From: Cetorhinus maximus
Taxonomy: Eukaryota
Assembly: GCF_964194155.1 (NCBI RefSeq)
Contig: NC_135890.1
Location: forward strand, 27,218,001-27,282,000
Direction of reading: 5' to 3'
DNA: 64,000 bases
Positions 24,251-37,553 of the stretch are shown here, piece by piece; positions within the stretch are counted from its first letter, which is position 1, and each line of letters begins with the position of its first letter. The notes beneath the pieces are model-generated. The model saw only the letters and a list, made by a program, of their open reading frames with translations, had not been told where the DNA came from and made no database searches. Made by a program: the position numbers and the translations under genes.

Positions 24251-26710
24251 GTGTGAACTAGTACTATTGGAAGAATTCAGAAATTGTCTACCCTTCAGCC
24301 TGTGAATGCGCTTAGAGGAACAAAGAATCCTCACAGCTAGGAATGCAGCAGTCACAGCAGACAGCTATGATCTCACCCATGGGCCTGGAAACTCAGGCAG
24401 ACCATTTCCAACCATTCCCATGAGCATTGGAAAAATAAGCAGGGTGATGTAGATAGGAAAGGCCCCCAACCCAGAAAAAACACAAAGGACGGTGTGAGAG
24501 GCCCCTGTGCAGCCCAGTGGGAGAACTCCCGGAGGCCGGTCTTTTTTCATTGCAACAAAATAGGCTATTTCAGACCTGAATGCTGGTGATTGCACAGCAC
24601 GCCAGTTGGCCTGGTAGGACTTCACATGAGTAGTTCCCCCGAAGGACGCCCCAGTGGGTAGTTCAGCAGAGCAAACAGAGGCTCTCGCTACAGGCCCTTT
24701 GGAGGGCATGACACTGCATGGCTGAACTGGACAAACTCCCAGAGAGCTTCCGGAGTTTTGTCCTGTCAGGAGCAGTGTCCTATCCGCCCCAAAATGTGAG
24801 AAGTCAGTGGTACTGCACAGGGACACGGGCCACTCAGTCCTTAATGTTAGAGGGAAACCTAAACCTACTCTGAGTCTTCGCTGAAGACCAAAGCACTGAT
24901 CAGTGGAGTAGGAGGAGGATTGGTGTTTGCACTCCTCCATAAGGTCCACCCAGAGTGTGATCTTGTTTCGGGCCCTGTTTCAGTAGGAGTTGTTCTTAAA
25001 CTGCCAGTAGCAGGAATCACTTTCCTCTTTGGGAACGATTTGACTGGCAGCAAGGTGCTAGCCACCGGAAAAGAAAGAGGCTAATACCAACCAGCAGAAA
25101 CCTGCAGAAGGGCAGAAAGCTGGGGAATGTCTCAAGGCCCAAAAGGTGCAATAGTATCCGTAGACCTTGAGTGAGAGCTACTGGAAGGTGGCAAGGCTGA
25201 AGCCAGGCCAATAAAATTAAGAGATATCGAAAAGGCAACTATAATCTAAAGTAGATTCCTCAAGTACCCCAGAATTAAACAGGAACCAGAGAAGCCCTAG
25301 AGCAGGGAAAGAAATAGCGATGGAGATGCCCCACGTGGTCGAAAGGCCTGATGAAAGGCAAGTTATTAAGTCTGGAAAGGATAAGGGTAAGGATTTGCCC
25401 AAAGTATGGCTAGCAGAAACCTTCTTGTCACTAAATAGGGACAAAAGGAGTTCCCAAACAGGTGAGCAGATAGGGAGTGAGATGCCTCCCCCAGTTGAAA
25501 AACCATAAAGGAGGGCAGCTGGAACTGCACCTCCACTTGAGGGCAGAGGTGTTCCAAGGGACATGGAACAAGTTAGGAGAGCGCCCACCCCCAAACCAAA
25601 GGCCTCAGCTAGGAAACCATTCATTGTCATGGTCAGTAGCTTTATGATGACTTTAAATGTGGACTAGAAAAGTTCTCAGGTTGGCCCAGAAAGAGTGAGG
25701 GTGATGCCTCACTTAGTTGTAAAGCAAGAGCTGACCATCCACCAGAGGGCAGTAGTGTCCCAAAAAACAGAACTAACCAGCAGAGGGACCTCAACCAGAT
25801 TGGACCCCATGTTCACCCACCATAATGCAGAATCGCAAGATGACCAGACAGAGTTAACCACCCTATTTAAAATGTTCCATAAGCCCCCCCCCCCTACCAG
25901 TTACAGCACTGTAGCCATATCTGGTAAGGATGTGGAAGAGGATCCTGCAAGAAGGCCATCTTCCTGTCATCCAGGCCCAGGTAGGCTGGCCCAAATTCAG
26001 GAACCAATTACCTGCCTGTTGCCATGCCAATCCAAGGCACCTGGCAATAGAAGCTGGAACTTTCTAGGTGTGCTAGTGCCTGAACTGGAATCCCCTGAAG
26101 GATCCAAAGTTCCTTTAAAGCACTCCACTCTCCTGACCCTCAACCTAACCACAATACCAGGTCTGAACAGCTGAACCCGCAGATTACCAAAGTGGACAGG
26201 CAGGAGCTAAACTGAACAAGAACAGCTTAACCCTGTGATCCAGGACATGGCACCCACAGTGAGATGCCCAGCATTCTCCTGCAGATTGCCCAGAGCAGCT
26301 TGACCATCACTCACCCCCTGAGTGCTAATCACCCTGAAAACCCCCCAGACCATTTTGAGGATACTTAATCAGGAGTTAGACAGCCAGAGTTCAGAAACCA
26401 AGGGCTTCCCAACAGAGGGAATTCAGAACTCTAGCCCTGAATAAACTTCCCCATGCAGGTGAATTTCAAATCCTCCCAAGTCACCTAAACCTTTCAAATC
26501 CCAGGACTGGACAATGTCCTTGCTGATGCACTGTCGACGGTTCAAATCTCAAATGAAAATGCAGCAGGGAACTGCCATTATCCCTGCTAGTTCAGTGTCG
26601 ATGTGCCAGTATGGATGAAAGAATGCATGTATATTTCACTTCCTATTCTTCCTCCTTAAGACCACAAGAAAAAAAATAGAATTCATTTTTCCCGCTGAGT
26701 TGGTGAGGGG

Positions 26711-27756
26711 TGTCAGAGGCTAAGCCTCCACTCTACATTTTGATAATATATATGTATATCATCTTGGCTTAGCTATAAAACTATTTTTCTTAAAACTGAA
26801 CAAAGGCTTTGAACTGATTGAAGCCATGACTGGCTATGACTCACACAAAAGAAATTTTTGACCTTCAGAACAGCAGGAACCTTGTTATCTCTAAGGAAGC
26901 GCTAATGTCCCTATGACTACGGAGATCAAATCCCCAGGAGTTGTACAAAGACACTAAAAATCACTTACATTTCTAAGGCCTGGCTCTGGCCAATGGAAAC
27001 AATCAGTCTGTGAGAGCAAAAGGCCCTGAAACCCTTCTTGAAATTATTAATTCTCAAGAATCCAGACCAGGAATATACATCCATTAAACACTGGAAAAGT
27101 GCGAGTCATGTCACATAACACACACAACCCCCACCCCACCAAGCTGCTAGAACCGATAATATTGCTTGTGGAGCTGAAAAAAAGCCAGCCTGCTATCTTT
27201 CATCAACCTAACAGCAGCAGAACCAAACCTTTGTCCAGGTTTAAATTCCCTGGCCCTCATCTACACTGTTTCTACAAGAACTTCTGAATTTCTATACCAG
27301 CACCTACAAGACTAATTCATCCCTATGGGCCCATCTCTGAATTATCCAGCATCAGTCATCAGATGACCAGCTCTGAAAGAATACACTATTGGACTTTGAT
27401 TCTGGACTCTGGACTCACGTGAAACAACAATCCTGATCTTCTCTATGGCCTTTGCCATGTACCTCTTTCTTTTCCTTTTCTCTCTTTTATTGTATGAATA
27501 TGCCAGGGGCTATGTGGCAACACCCTCCCGCATTTTGAATGTGTATAAAATAAGCTAACCCTTTTAGTTCATCCTATCTCGAGTTTGCTGTGGGGTTATT
27601 ACCAGAAACTGGATCATACCAAAACTATGAAGTTGGGAAATACGTCACTGTTTACAAAGGGGGAAATCAAAAATCAAAAACAACTTTCTGTTTATGGATG
27701 GGTGGTAAGAGGAAAAATCAGGGCTGTTTAAATTAAACCCCCTCCTGTCTGTAACA
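26711..27756 (+). repeat. 3' LTR of the Gmr1-type element
   Basis: Preceded by purine-rich GGTGAGGGG; TG...CA termini. Confidence 0.85.
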
Positions 27757-27999
27757 ATCGCTTTTTTAAAAAAAATGTAGGTTATTAGAATTGGGATGAG
27801 CCAGAACAAGCCTGTGTGTTTCCTCACCCAAAGTGAAAGGCTAACTGTATGGGTATTGATGAGAATTCCTGCTGAAATTTCAGATGCTACATAGTGGCAT
27901 GTATGAAAATAATATTGCTATAATTGTGTAATATAATCCTTTTATTTTCATTTGCTGATCTTTGCAATGAGTGAGAGAAGCCTTGTTTTTTTCAGTCTC

Positions 28000-29966
28000 T
28001 TCCAGTCTCTTCCCACCACATCCGTGATTCCTCTGATGCCCTACATCATATCAACAATTTCCAGTTCCCTGACGCCAACTGCCTCCTCTTCACCATGGAC
28101 GTCCAATCCCTCTACACCGCCATCCTCCACCAGGATGGCCTGAGGGCTCTCCTCTTCTTCCTTGAACAGAGACCCGCACAATCCCCATCCACCACCATTC
28201 TCCTCTGTCTGGTTGAACTTGTTCCCTCACTGAACAATTTCTCCTTAAACTTGTCTTACTTCCTCCAAATGAAAGGTGTGGCTATGAGTACCCGCATGGC
28301 CCCAGTTATGCCTGTCTCTTTATGGAGTATGTGGAACATTCCTTGTTCCAGTCCTACTCATGCCCCCTCCCACAACTCTTTCTCTGGTACATCAATGACT
28401 GTTTCGGTGCCGCTTCATGCTCTCGTCTGGACCTGGAAAAATTTATTAACTTTGCTTCCAATTTCCACCCTTCCATCACTTTCACATGGTCCATCACTGA
28501 CACTTCCCTCCCCTTCCTTGACCTCTCTGTCTCAATTTCTGGTGATAGATTGTCCACCAATATTCACTACAAGCCCACCAACTCCCACAGCCACCTCGAC
28601 TACAACTCCTCACACCCTGCTTCCTGTAAGGACTCCGTCCCAATCTCACAGTTCCTTTGCCTCCGTCGCATCTGTTCCGATGATGCCACTTTCCAAAACA
28701 GTGCTTCTGATATGTCTTCCTTCTTCCTTAACCGAGGTTTCCCACCCACGGTGGTTGACAGGGTCCTCAACCGTGTCTGACCCATCTCCTGCGTCTCTGC
28801 CCTCACATCTTCCTCTCCCTCCCAGAAGGCATGATAAGGTCCTCCTTGTCCTCACTTTTCGCACCACTAGCCTCCACGTTCAAAAGATCAACCTCCGCCA
28901 ACTCCAGCATGATGCCACCACCGTCTTCCCCTCACCTTGCCCCCCCCCCCCGCCCCCGCCCCCTTGTCGGCATTCCATAGGAACCGTTCCCTTTGGGACA
29001 CCCTGGTCCACTCCTCCATCACCCCCTACACCTCAACCCCCTCCCACAGCACCTTCCCATGCAATCGCAGAAGGTGTAACACCTGCCCCTTTGCTTCCCG
29101 ACCTCACCGTCCAAGGGCCCAAACACTCCTTTCAAATGAAGCAGCACTTCACGCACTTCCCTCAATTTGGTCTACTGCATGCGCTGCTCCCTCTACATTG
29201 GAGAGACCAAACGCAGACTGGGTGACCGCTTTGCGGAACTCCTTCGGTCCGCCTGCAAGCATGACCCAGACCTTCCTGTCGCTTGCCATTTCAACACGCC
29301 ACCCTGCTCTCATGCCCACATATCCGTCCTTGGCCTGCTGCAGTGTTCCAGTGGAGCTCAACACAAACTGGAGGAACAGCACCTCATCTTCCGATTAGGC
29401 ACCTTACAGCCTTCCAGACTTAACATTGAGTTCAACAACTTCAGATCATGAACTCTCTTCTCCATCCTCACCCCTTTTTGTCCCCTTTTTTCATATATTT
29501 ATTTTTAAATTTTTACTTATATATTTTTTTTCCACCTATTTCTATTATTATTTTAAAAATTTATTTCCATTCTGTTTTATCCCCACCTTTTAGCCTATTT
29601 TGATCTTTTCTCCCACACTGCCCCCCCGCCACCCACTAGGGCCACCTGTCACTTGCTCATCCTGCTTTCTACTCTTAAAGTCACCATTAGCACCTCCTTT
29701 AGCCAGCATCACCACCATCAACACCCCTTTGACCTTTTGTTTATTGCATCTTTTGCAATCTCTCTTTTGTCTCCGCCTATCACTGGTCTTCTATCCAACT
29801 TCACCTGTCCCACACCCCCTTGAGCAGTATATATTTCACCACATTTTTACTTCTCTTTAGTTCTGAAGAAGAGTCATACGGACTCGAAACGTTGACTTTG
29901 TCTTTCTATCCACAGATGCTGTCAGACCTGCTGAGTTTTTCCAGCAATTTTTGTTTTTGTTTTTTT
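28000..29966 (+). mobile_element. Penelope-like element (RT + GIY-YIG endonuclease), decayed
   Basis: MDVQSLYT, YIND(D), FLDL, YKPT motifs; VYCMRCSLYIGETKRRLGDRF GIY-YIG; characteristic 3' terminus. Confidence 0.92.
29859..29897 (+). ncRNA. Minimal type-I hammerhead ribozyme motif in the Penelope terminus
   Basis: AGUU-CUGAAGA-A-GAGUC(auacg)GACUC-GAA-ACGU-U-GACU: core, perfect 5-bp stem II, palindromic ACGU stem III, stem I with one G.U. Confidence 0.75.
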
Positions 29967-30991
29967 TAGGGTAGTTTGACACAAGGCTTGATGCAACAAA
30001 AATTGAATTTGGAGGGGTAGTAAATGAAAAGTTAGTGAGAAATTCAACTTGTGCCACCTTTATTTTGCTGAAAAACTCGCAGGTAGCAGTTGAAAATTGT
30101 GATAGTGGGGTGGAGGGCACTGCCCCATTAACACTCAAGGTCTGCTTAATACAATATTCAGGCGGCCTATAAATAGGCAAGCAACCTATTCACATGAAAC
30201 AGATATAAGGCTGCTTAAATCTGCCAACTTTTAGTCATGCAGCAGTTGTTGGGCCTTAACTGCAAAATTCAGGTACAAATTGTACTAAGTAAGGAAATAT
30301 TTTTTGAGGCAAGAAGTAGGAGTGCACCTCTGGGCTTCACAGGAATAATGTGGGCCACTAAAGCACAGAAACTGTTTGGTGGTTCTAGGAGCCTGTGGGC
30401 AAAATAGAAAACCCACATGATGTAACTGTGTTTAAAGAAAAAAAAGCTATGTATCATGATAATTATAGGCAAGTATTTAGTGAGTTGTGATACTTATTAT
30501 TTAAATAGAATTGCAACCAGTGGCAAGTTAAATAAGAGCCAAGTTAATGCTGAGTATATTTTTGAACTGAATATGTTTATTTTGCATCTACAGGCAGTCT
30601 CCATGTATGGTTATTTACTTTAATAACTTTATGTTTTATTGTGTTTTACTGAACTGGACAAACTGTTTCCTATTGTGATTTTCTGTGAAGGTGGCCACAT
30701 AAGAGTGGCTAAATAAGAGAGTGATAGGCAGCATGGCTTGTTACAACACTATTGTACTGATGCAATAACTAGCACATTTTGGTTTTGTGTGGAATTATAA
30801 AATTCTCTCGAATGTATAAAACAAGTGCCATCTTTTCTGCTGGGAAAGAAAATCATTATGCTACCTTTGTGTGCCTCCTAGCGCATGTTATCAAACACTA
30901 TCAGTAGGCACTGGGGGATAATTTCCATCTTTAGGTGTCAAACAGTACAAATTTGATTTGCATTGCATTAGGAGAATCCTGAATTCCAAGT

Positions 30992-31257
30992 TAAAAGCAA
31001 AATATTGTGGATGCTGGAAATCTGAAATAAAACAAAATACTGGAAAAACTCAGCAGGTCTGACAGCATCTGTGGAGAGAGAAACAGAGTTAACGTTTTGA
31101 GCCTGCTTGACCCTTCTCTGGAACCCAGAGCTCGTTATACTCATGTTCAGCCCAAAGCTCTGAAGAAGGGTCATGCATACTCGAAACATTAACTGTTATT
31201 TTCTCCACAGATGCTGTCAGGCCTGCTGAGTTTTTCCAGCATTTTCTGTTTTTATTT
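30992..31257. mobile_element. Palindromic head-to-head Penelope termini with a 13-bp TSD
   Basis: TSD ctgaattccaagt at 30979-30991 and 31258-31270; arms are reverse complements. Confidence 0.8.
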
Positions 31258-31646
31258 CTGAATTCCAAGTACTCATAATGCTCAATTTTCTATTCTATCC
31301 TCGTCTGCACATAAAATCTGTTACTATGTTCTAAATATTTAACTGTTTTGCAAAGCAGTTGATTTTGTGCATTTCTTTTGATGTACGCTATCATTAAAAT
31401 ATATTGATTTTTTAAAAATGTGTTCGATATAGTTTTAAAGCCTGCTAACTGCATTTCATGTCATATTGTATCTGTCTGACTTATTGTAGCCAGAAATTGA
31501 AAAACATGAACTGAAAATAAATTGTAGGTTCTATGAAAATTGAAAGCTGGGTTATAAAACCTATTACATTGATTTTTGACAGGATCTGCAGGCATAGCAG
31601 CAGTTGCATGGTAATACTGATCTAACCAAATAACTACATCTTTTAA

Positions 31647-31850
<204 letters not shown>

Positions 31851-33371
31851 TAGATTCCTTTCGTTATACTCATGTTCAGTTAAATGTTTGCGTATTCTGA
31901 AATTCTGACAAAACCTTTTTCCTACTTTTGTTTCCATTTTCTCCTCTCCTGTGGAAAAGGAGGCAGAGACCCAGTTTCCAGTAAACTTCCAATATCCTTC
32001 ATGTGCAAATGTAGGGAAATAGTGAAGGCAGGCTTTTTGACTGTGGACCTCATCTCTGTGGGGTCCATGCAGGGATTTTCAATACTGGTCTCTGTTCACT
32101 ATCTGGAGAGGGAAGTTTGTTTTTTTATTACCCATTCCTATCCCAGGATGGCCAAGGCTACATGCAGTTCTGAAATACTCACCAGATAGTTAACCCAGCA
32201 CAGACCAGGAATTAACGTGATACTATTCTGCTCTGTGTAGCATGTGGCTTCAGGCAGTGCACGTGACCTTGGGGAACACCTTGATGAAATATTATTTTCC
32301 TTCAGCTAAGATAGTCACAAAATCACAGATTGTATTGATGTAATAACTCATTGTAAATATGAATCTAATAGTTAAATTTTTAGATTTACAGTTTATATTT
32401 ACTTTTTCCATACTTACTGCCATATGTTATGTTATTTTTGGTAAATAGAGCCTTTGGGTAATTTGAATACGTGAAATAAACACTCGTAATGACCAGTCAG
32501 AATTTTAGAACACTCCTATACATTATATAAATGTACACTTGTCCTGTAACAAACTGCTTCATATATAATACCACAATTGTTTCAAAAAGAGCATTTTTCT
32601 TCAGTGCTCAATGTTCTTAGTTATCTTCATGCATTAGTACTGTCCATGTTTTTGAACTTAACACAGTGATTCTCTTTTTACCCTCTATAGTCCTTATGTC
32701 AGAAAACAGTACCCCAAATATTTAACTTTAAAAAAGGAATTGAAAGCTTGATCCAGGGAAATATGAAGATCAGTTTATATTATAAAGCTTAATATTTATA
32801 AGATGTAAAAAATTACAATGATAAAGAAAGTGGTTAATTGTATTTGAAGTGAATATGGAATGTTATGATCTCAATAGAGACCAGCAATGTATTATTTTGG
32901 AAATCCGAAAACTCAAGTATCTAGTAAAAGAATGAAGCCACAAGGTTCATGGTTTAAACCAACAGAAGTTTGGTATAATAAATTAAAGAGCATCAATTCT
33001 AATAACTACACTCAATTACGTAAAAGATATTAAAAGTACAATGAATACAGTTACTTATACTATAAACTGAATTTCTTGACTTACCTTCTAAACCAATTTG
33101 ACTTATATCCCCAAAAACTCAGTCAGATACTTATCAAAAATTGGAAGGTTAACCACTTGGTCTGAGTACTGTTTCAAAGATTTGTATAAGGTTGAGATTT
33201 ATTGGGCCTTCTGCTAACTTTCAGTAAAGTTGTCTCATTAAATCTCCTCCAACCATTGTGGACTCCCAGTTCAACACAGGCGTCGCTATCATCTTAAATG
33301 TAACCACCTTGGGTCAGTACTTTCCTGGTTCTAATCTTCTTTAACTCTGAAGTCTTGCATTTAGGAACACA

Positions 33372-33398
33372 CTCTCTCTCTCTCTCTCTCTTTCTCTT
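33372..33398. repeat. (CT)n microsatellite
   Basis: Read directly from the sequence. Confidence 0.9.
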
Positions 33399-35677
33399 TT
33401 ACCTTGGCTATCCTGGAATTCCAACTCACATTTTATAGAGTCTATTCATTATCAAGAATTTTAAATCCTTTTAGCCAGCATGCAGAATTTCAAACAAATT
33501 CCGCTTGGAAAAATATGTTTCCTGCAGTCAACTTGTTCTAAAGTAAAGCTGCCTGAAAACAGAACCGCACCCAGGAATCTATTCTCCCCTGCCCCGCCAA
33601 CCTCTGGTAATTAATTTCTTGTTGATCCTTACTATTGTTACAATCCCAGCTGCTGTTAATACTGGGCAAGATAGATCCCAGAGTGAAACCTGGTTTGATA
33701 GATCCTAACTTTTTTTTGAAACCATGGAGGAAAGTTACTGAACAAATTCACAGGAGTTTGCTGATGAACTTTTAACACAAAGAATAAAATATTTATTAAA
33801 CAAGAAAAATGAACTATATTACACCAGACAAAAGGGCTGGAAAGATTTCAATGCAAACACAAGATGACACTTCAAATTCCTACTATTCCTTTACCCAAGC
33901 AATATTGTTGCAGACGTATAAACCAGTGAAGTGTTATCACTACTTGACACAAAAGCTTCTCTCTTGGGAGTGGTAGAGTTGCAAACGGTTTTCTTCCAGT
34001 GGATTCCTGAGCATTCACTTGATGCTTCTCACCCAAATCATATCTCTCCCCAAGCCACCCAAAAATTGCATTCTAAACTCCCTGTTCCTTCAACTGCAGA
34101 GCAAACAAATGAGGTCCCTAAACTCAGTCTTCCAGTAGTACCTCTGCTAAGCTGATCACTTTACTGAGTCCCACAACTGATTATCCAGTGAACCACTGCC
34201 CCAGTAGCCTTGCAGTTTTTCTTCTCAGCTTCCTATTTCTGCTCACCCTTTTTTTTTACTGAACTTTCAGCCCCTTTTAACCTATCACATTAACTTCAGG
34301 GGTTGTAAAACCTCATTAAGAATATATATATATACAAACGAACCCATAAGACCTGACCTTTCGCCAAGAATCTATTCAGACTCCCAGGCACCAAGGCTCA
34401 GCAACAACCTAAATGAAACTGAACCCATTTTACCTTTCTTAACACACAAATATATATTCAACTTAAAAATTATACATTGTTCTTCAAACTTTGGAGCTAT
34501 AACTTCTAAGCTCCAGGGCATTGTAATTGGGGGGTTCCTCAAAGATACGCTGGGGAACCTCCCCTCTCTCTCCCCCCCCCCCCACCCCCTCCACACCATC
34601 ACCACCACCACCACCACCAGAAGTTCCCAAGTAAGGTTTGCACAGCAATTGCCTGGGAAATGCAAATTTCTGATGGACAATTGCCCTGCTATGGGAACCA
34701 TCCGAAAATACGATTTGAGTCGCAAACTTCAGACTATCCTGCCTCAATAGTTACCCGGAAAAAAGTTAGAAGAATTAAAACCACTTCTAGCTTCTGGGTA
34801 ACTGCTATTGTACAGACCCACACTGACCTGCCATAGGACTCCCCCACCCCTGCCGAAACACCAGGGCAATCAACACCCCCACCCACCCACCGTCCAATTA
34901 GACACCTCTTGGGACTCCCCACAACAGCCCCCCAGGCCCCACCTGACCTTGCTCCCCCCACCCCACTGACTACCTCCCCCTCCACTGACTGACAGCTCCC
35001 ACCATGACTGCCTCCTGCCCCAACCCCCTGCCAAACTCAAGTGCTTGGCCCCCCTCCCAAGTGCCCAACTCCTCCTCCCGGCCATGCTCGACCGCCACCC
35101 CCCCTCCCCCGAGTGCTTGACCCCTCTGCCCCCCTACAACTTCTAACCACTTACTTGCCAAACCTGCCTTATCCCTGGTTTGAAAATGGCTGGATCTTTA
35201 AGCCGACCTGATTTACAGCAGCTGGTGCTGTAAAAAAGGAGGCATGGTCTCCTTGCATACCACTCTGAAGCCCTTGACAGAAGTCCCCGGGAACGCTCTG
35301 CCCTGCGCAGTTCTTGCCCAACCTGAGTTGGAAGGCCGGGTGAGAAACTATTGGAAAGGCTTTAAGGTAAAAATGTAGGAGTGGGTGGCAATCTGTCTTT
35401 GATTGCCACCCTGAGGAAGCTCAGGCCCTATTGCTCTTATTACTACAGTTTATCTTTCCAGATAGCTTGGGTTACTGGAAGCTAGTTGCTTTTTACAACA
35501 AATCATCTTTCAGGGAAACCTAGTTCTTAAGAAGGACCATTACCCCAACATGAAATATAAGCTTTTCCCCCAAAAGCATATAGGCTGTACAGAAGGCAGT
35601 GATGATTTCATGCCAACTTTACAAGTTTTTTTTTTTACAGTGTTCCTAAATCGATAAACAACATTTTTAAAATTAAT

Positions 35678-36246
35678 TTATGGGATGTGGGTGTCACTGG
35701 CTAGGCCAGCATTTATTGCCCATCGCTAATTGCCCTTGAGAAGGTGGTGATGAGCTGCCTTCTTGAACCACTGCAGTCCCTGTGGTGTAGATACACACAC
35801 AGTGCTGTTAGGGAGGGATTTCCAAGATTTTGACCCAGCGACAGTAAAGGGACAGCGATATATTTCCAAGTCAGGATGGTGTGTGACTTGAGAGGGGAAC
35901 TTCCAGGTTGTGGTGTTCCCTTGTATCTGCTGCCTTTGCCCTTCCAGATGGTAGCAGTCGTGGGTTTGGAAGGTGCTGCCTAAGGAGCTTTTGTGAGTTT
36001 CTGCAGTGCATCTTGTAGGTGGTACACACTGCTGCCATTGTCAGTGGTGGAGGGAGCGAATGCTTGTGGAAGGGGTGCCAATCAAGCGGGCTACTTTGTC
36101 CTGGATAGTGTCAAGCTTCTTGAGTGTTGTTGGAGCTGCAGTCATCCAGGAAAGCGGAGAGTATTCCATCGCACTCCTGATTTGCGCCTTGGACAGGCTT
36201 TGGGGAGTCAGGAGGTGAGTTATTCGCCACAGGATTCCTACCCTCT
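35678..36246 (-). mobile_element. L2/CR1-group LINE 3' fragment
   Basis: Same family as 62725-63525 and 15640-16280. Confidence 0.75.
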
Positions 36247-36437
36247 GAACAAACCAAACTTTAATATTGGATCCCCATGTCCTTGGGAATAAAAGTTCAA
36301 TGCAATGATATGGATATCAGAGTAGATAGGGAGCATTGTGGTCAATTTACCTTGAAGGTGGCAGGACAAGTTGAAAAAGCTGTTGTGTTTTTGGGATCCT
36401 TGACTTGATAAATAGAGCCAGAGAGTATAAAAGCAAG

Positions 36438-36543
36438 AGATAAAAACAAAAATCTAAAAGCTACTGTGGATGCTGGAAATCCAAAACAAAAACAGAATTA
36501 CCTGGGACCTGCTGAGTTTTTCCAGGTAATTCTGTTTTTGTTT
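36438..36543. mobile_element. Mini palindromic Penelope-terminus insertion inside an old CR1 fragment (~36330-36960)
   Basis: 14-bp TSD agtataaaagcaag at 36424-36437 and 36544-36557; inverted arms aaacaaaaacagaattacctgg / ccaggtaattctgtttttgttt. Confidence 0.75.
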
Positions 36544-37325
36544 AGTATAAAAGCAAGCATGTTTATAAATGAATGGTTAGGCTTCAACTGGAGTATTGTA
36601 TCCAATTCTGAGCCCCACATTTTAGGAAGGATGTTCTAGGAAGGCCTTGAGGAGGGTGCAAAGTAGATTTGCCAGAATTATACCATGGATATAGGGGAAA
36701 GAAGCCAGAGAATATCAATGAAGCCAATTCCAGGTTGAAGAGAGGCTAGAGAAATTATATCATACGAGAGAGAGCATTATAGTTTTGATGTGAATATTGA
36801 AAAATATTTTATACAAAACCATGAGAAGAGAATATGGGAAGATGATTATAAACTAAGGGATCCCATAAAAGCCTGATTTCAGAAATAACTTAATACTGTT
36901 GACTTGCGGAATAGATTGTCACCTAGTGCAGTTGATGAAATCCGGAGTATTCAGAATTAAAGCTGGAAGATTTTCAGTGGGGAAAATGTAAATAGATTTG
37001 ATATGAAAAATAGTTGTCCAGTATTTGTTAACTTGTACCTAAGCTCTTGGATTTACGTAAAAGGGCAGTGCCCATATGGGGAGAGCACGCCATTTAGCCC
37101 AAGCCAAAATTACTTGTGTGAATTTTTCAACAGTTAAATTTGAATACTCGGGGATGATGATAGGTTTCTATACCTGTCTTGACACTCCACTGACTAAAGA
37201 AATCTCATAATCTTTGCTGTTTGTATGGCCTTATTTTGACTTAACAACAAAGAAATCTCTTTTTCCTATGTTGAATCTAGCAGCAAACCAAAATTATCTT
37301 GTTTCTAAAAGGCACAGCTGGTTAA

Positions 37326-37553
<228 letters not shown>

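Larger units (their letters stand above)
19948..27756 (+). mobile_element. Non-autonomous Gmr1-type Ty3/Gypsy LTR element (gag with SCAN-like domain, protease, RH C-terminus only), with nested insertions
   Basis: LTR pair TGTCAGA...GTAACA; gag LVPKFEESDVESFFATFEKIA (23161-23400) and ELVLLEEFRNCLP...AAVTADSY (24252-24380); PR RDTG..TQSL and FLFGNDL; PGLDNVLADALS at 26501-26536. Confidence 0.82.

Noticed and set aside
28095-29225. 376-aa ORF as an intact gene
   Set aside because: It starts in the Penelope RT frame and then runs out of frame through C-rich sequence; it is a frameshift product.
32544-34310. Additional solo LTRs starting TGTAACA (32545) and TGTTACA (33636)
   Set aside because: LTR-like composition, but convincing right ends and TSDs could not be fixed by eye.
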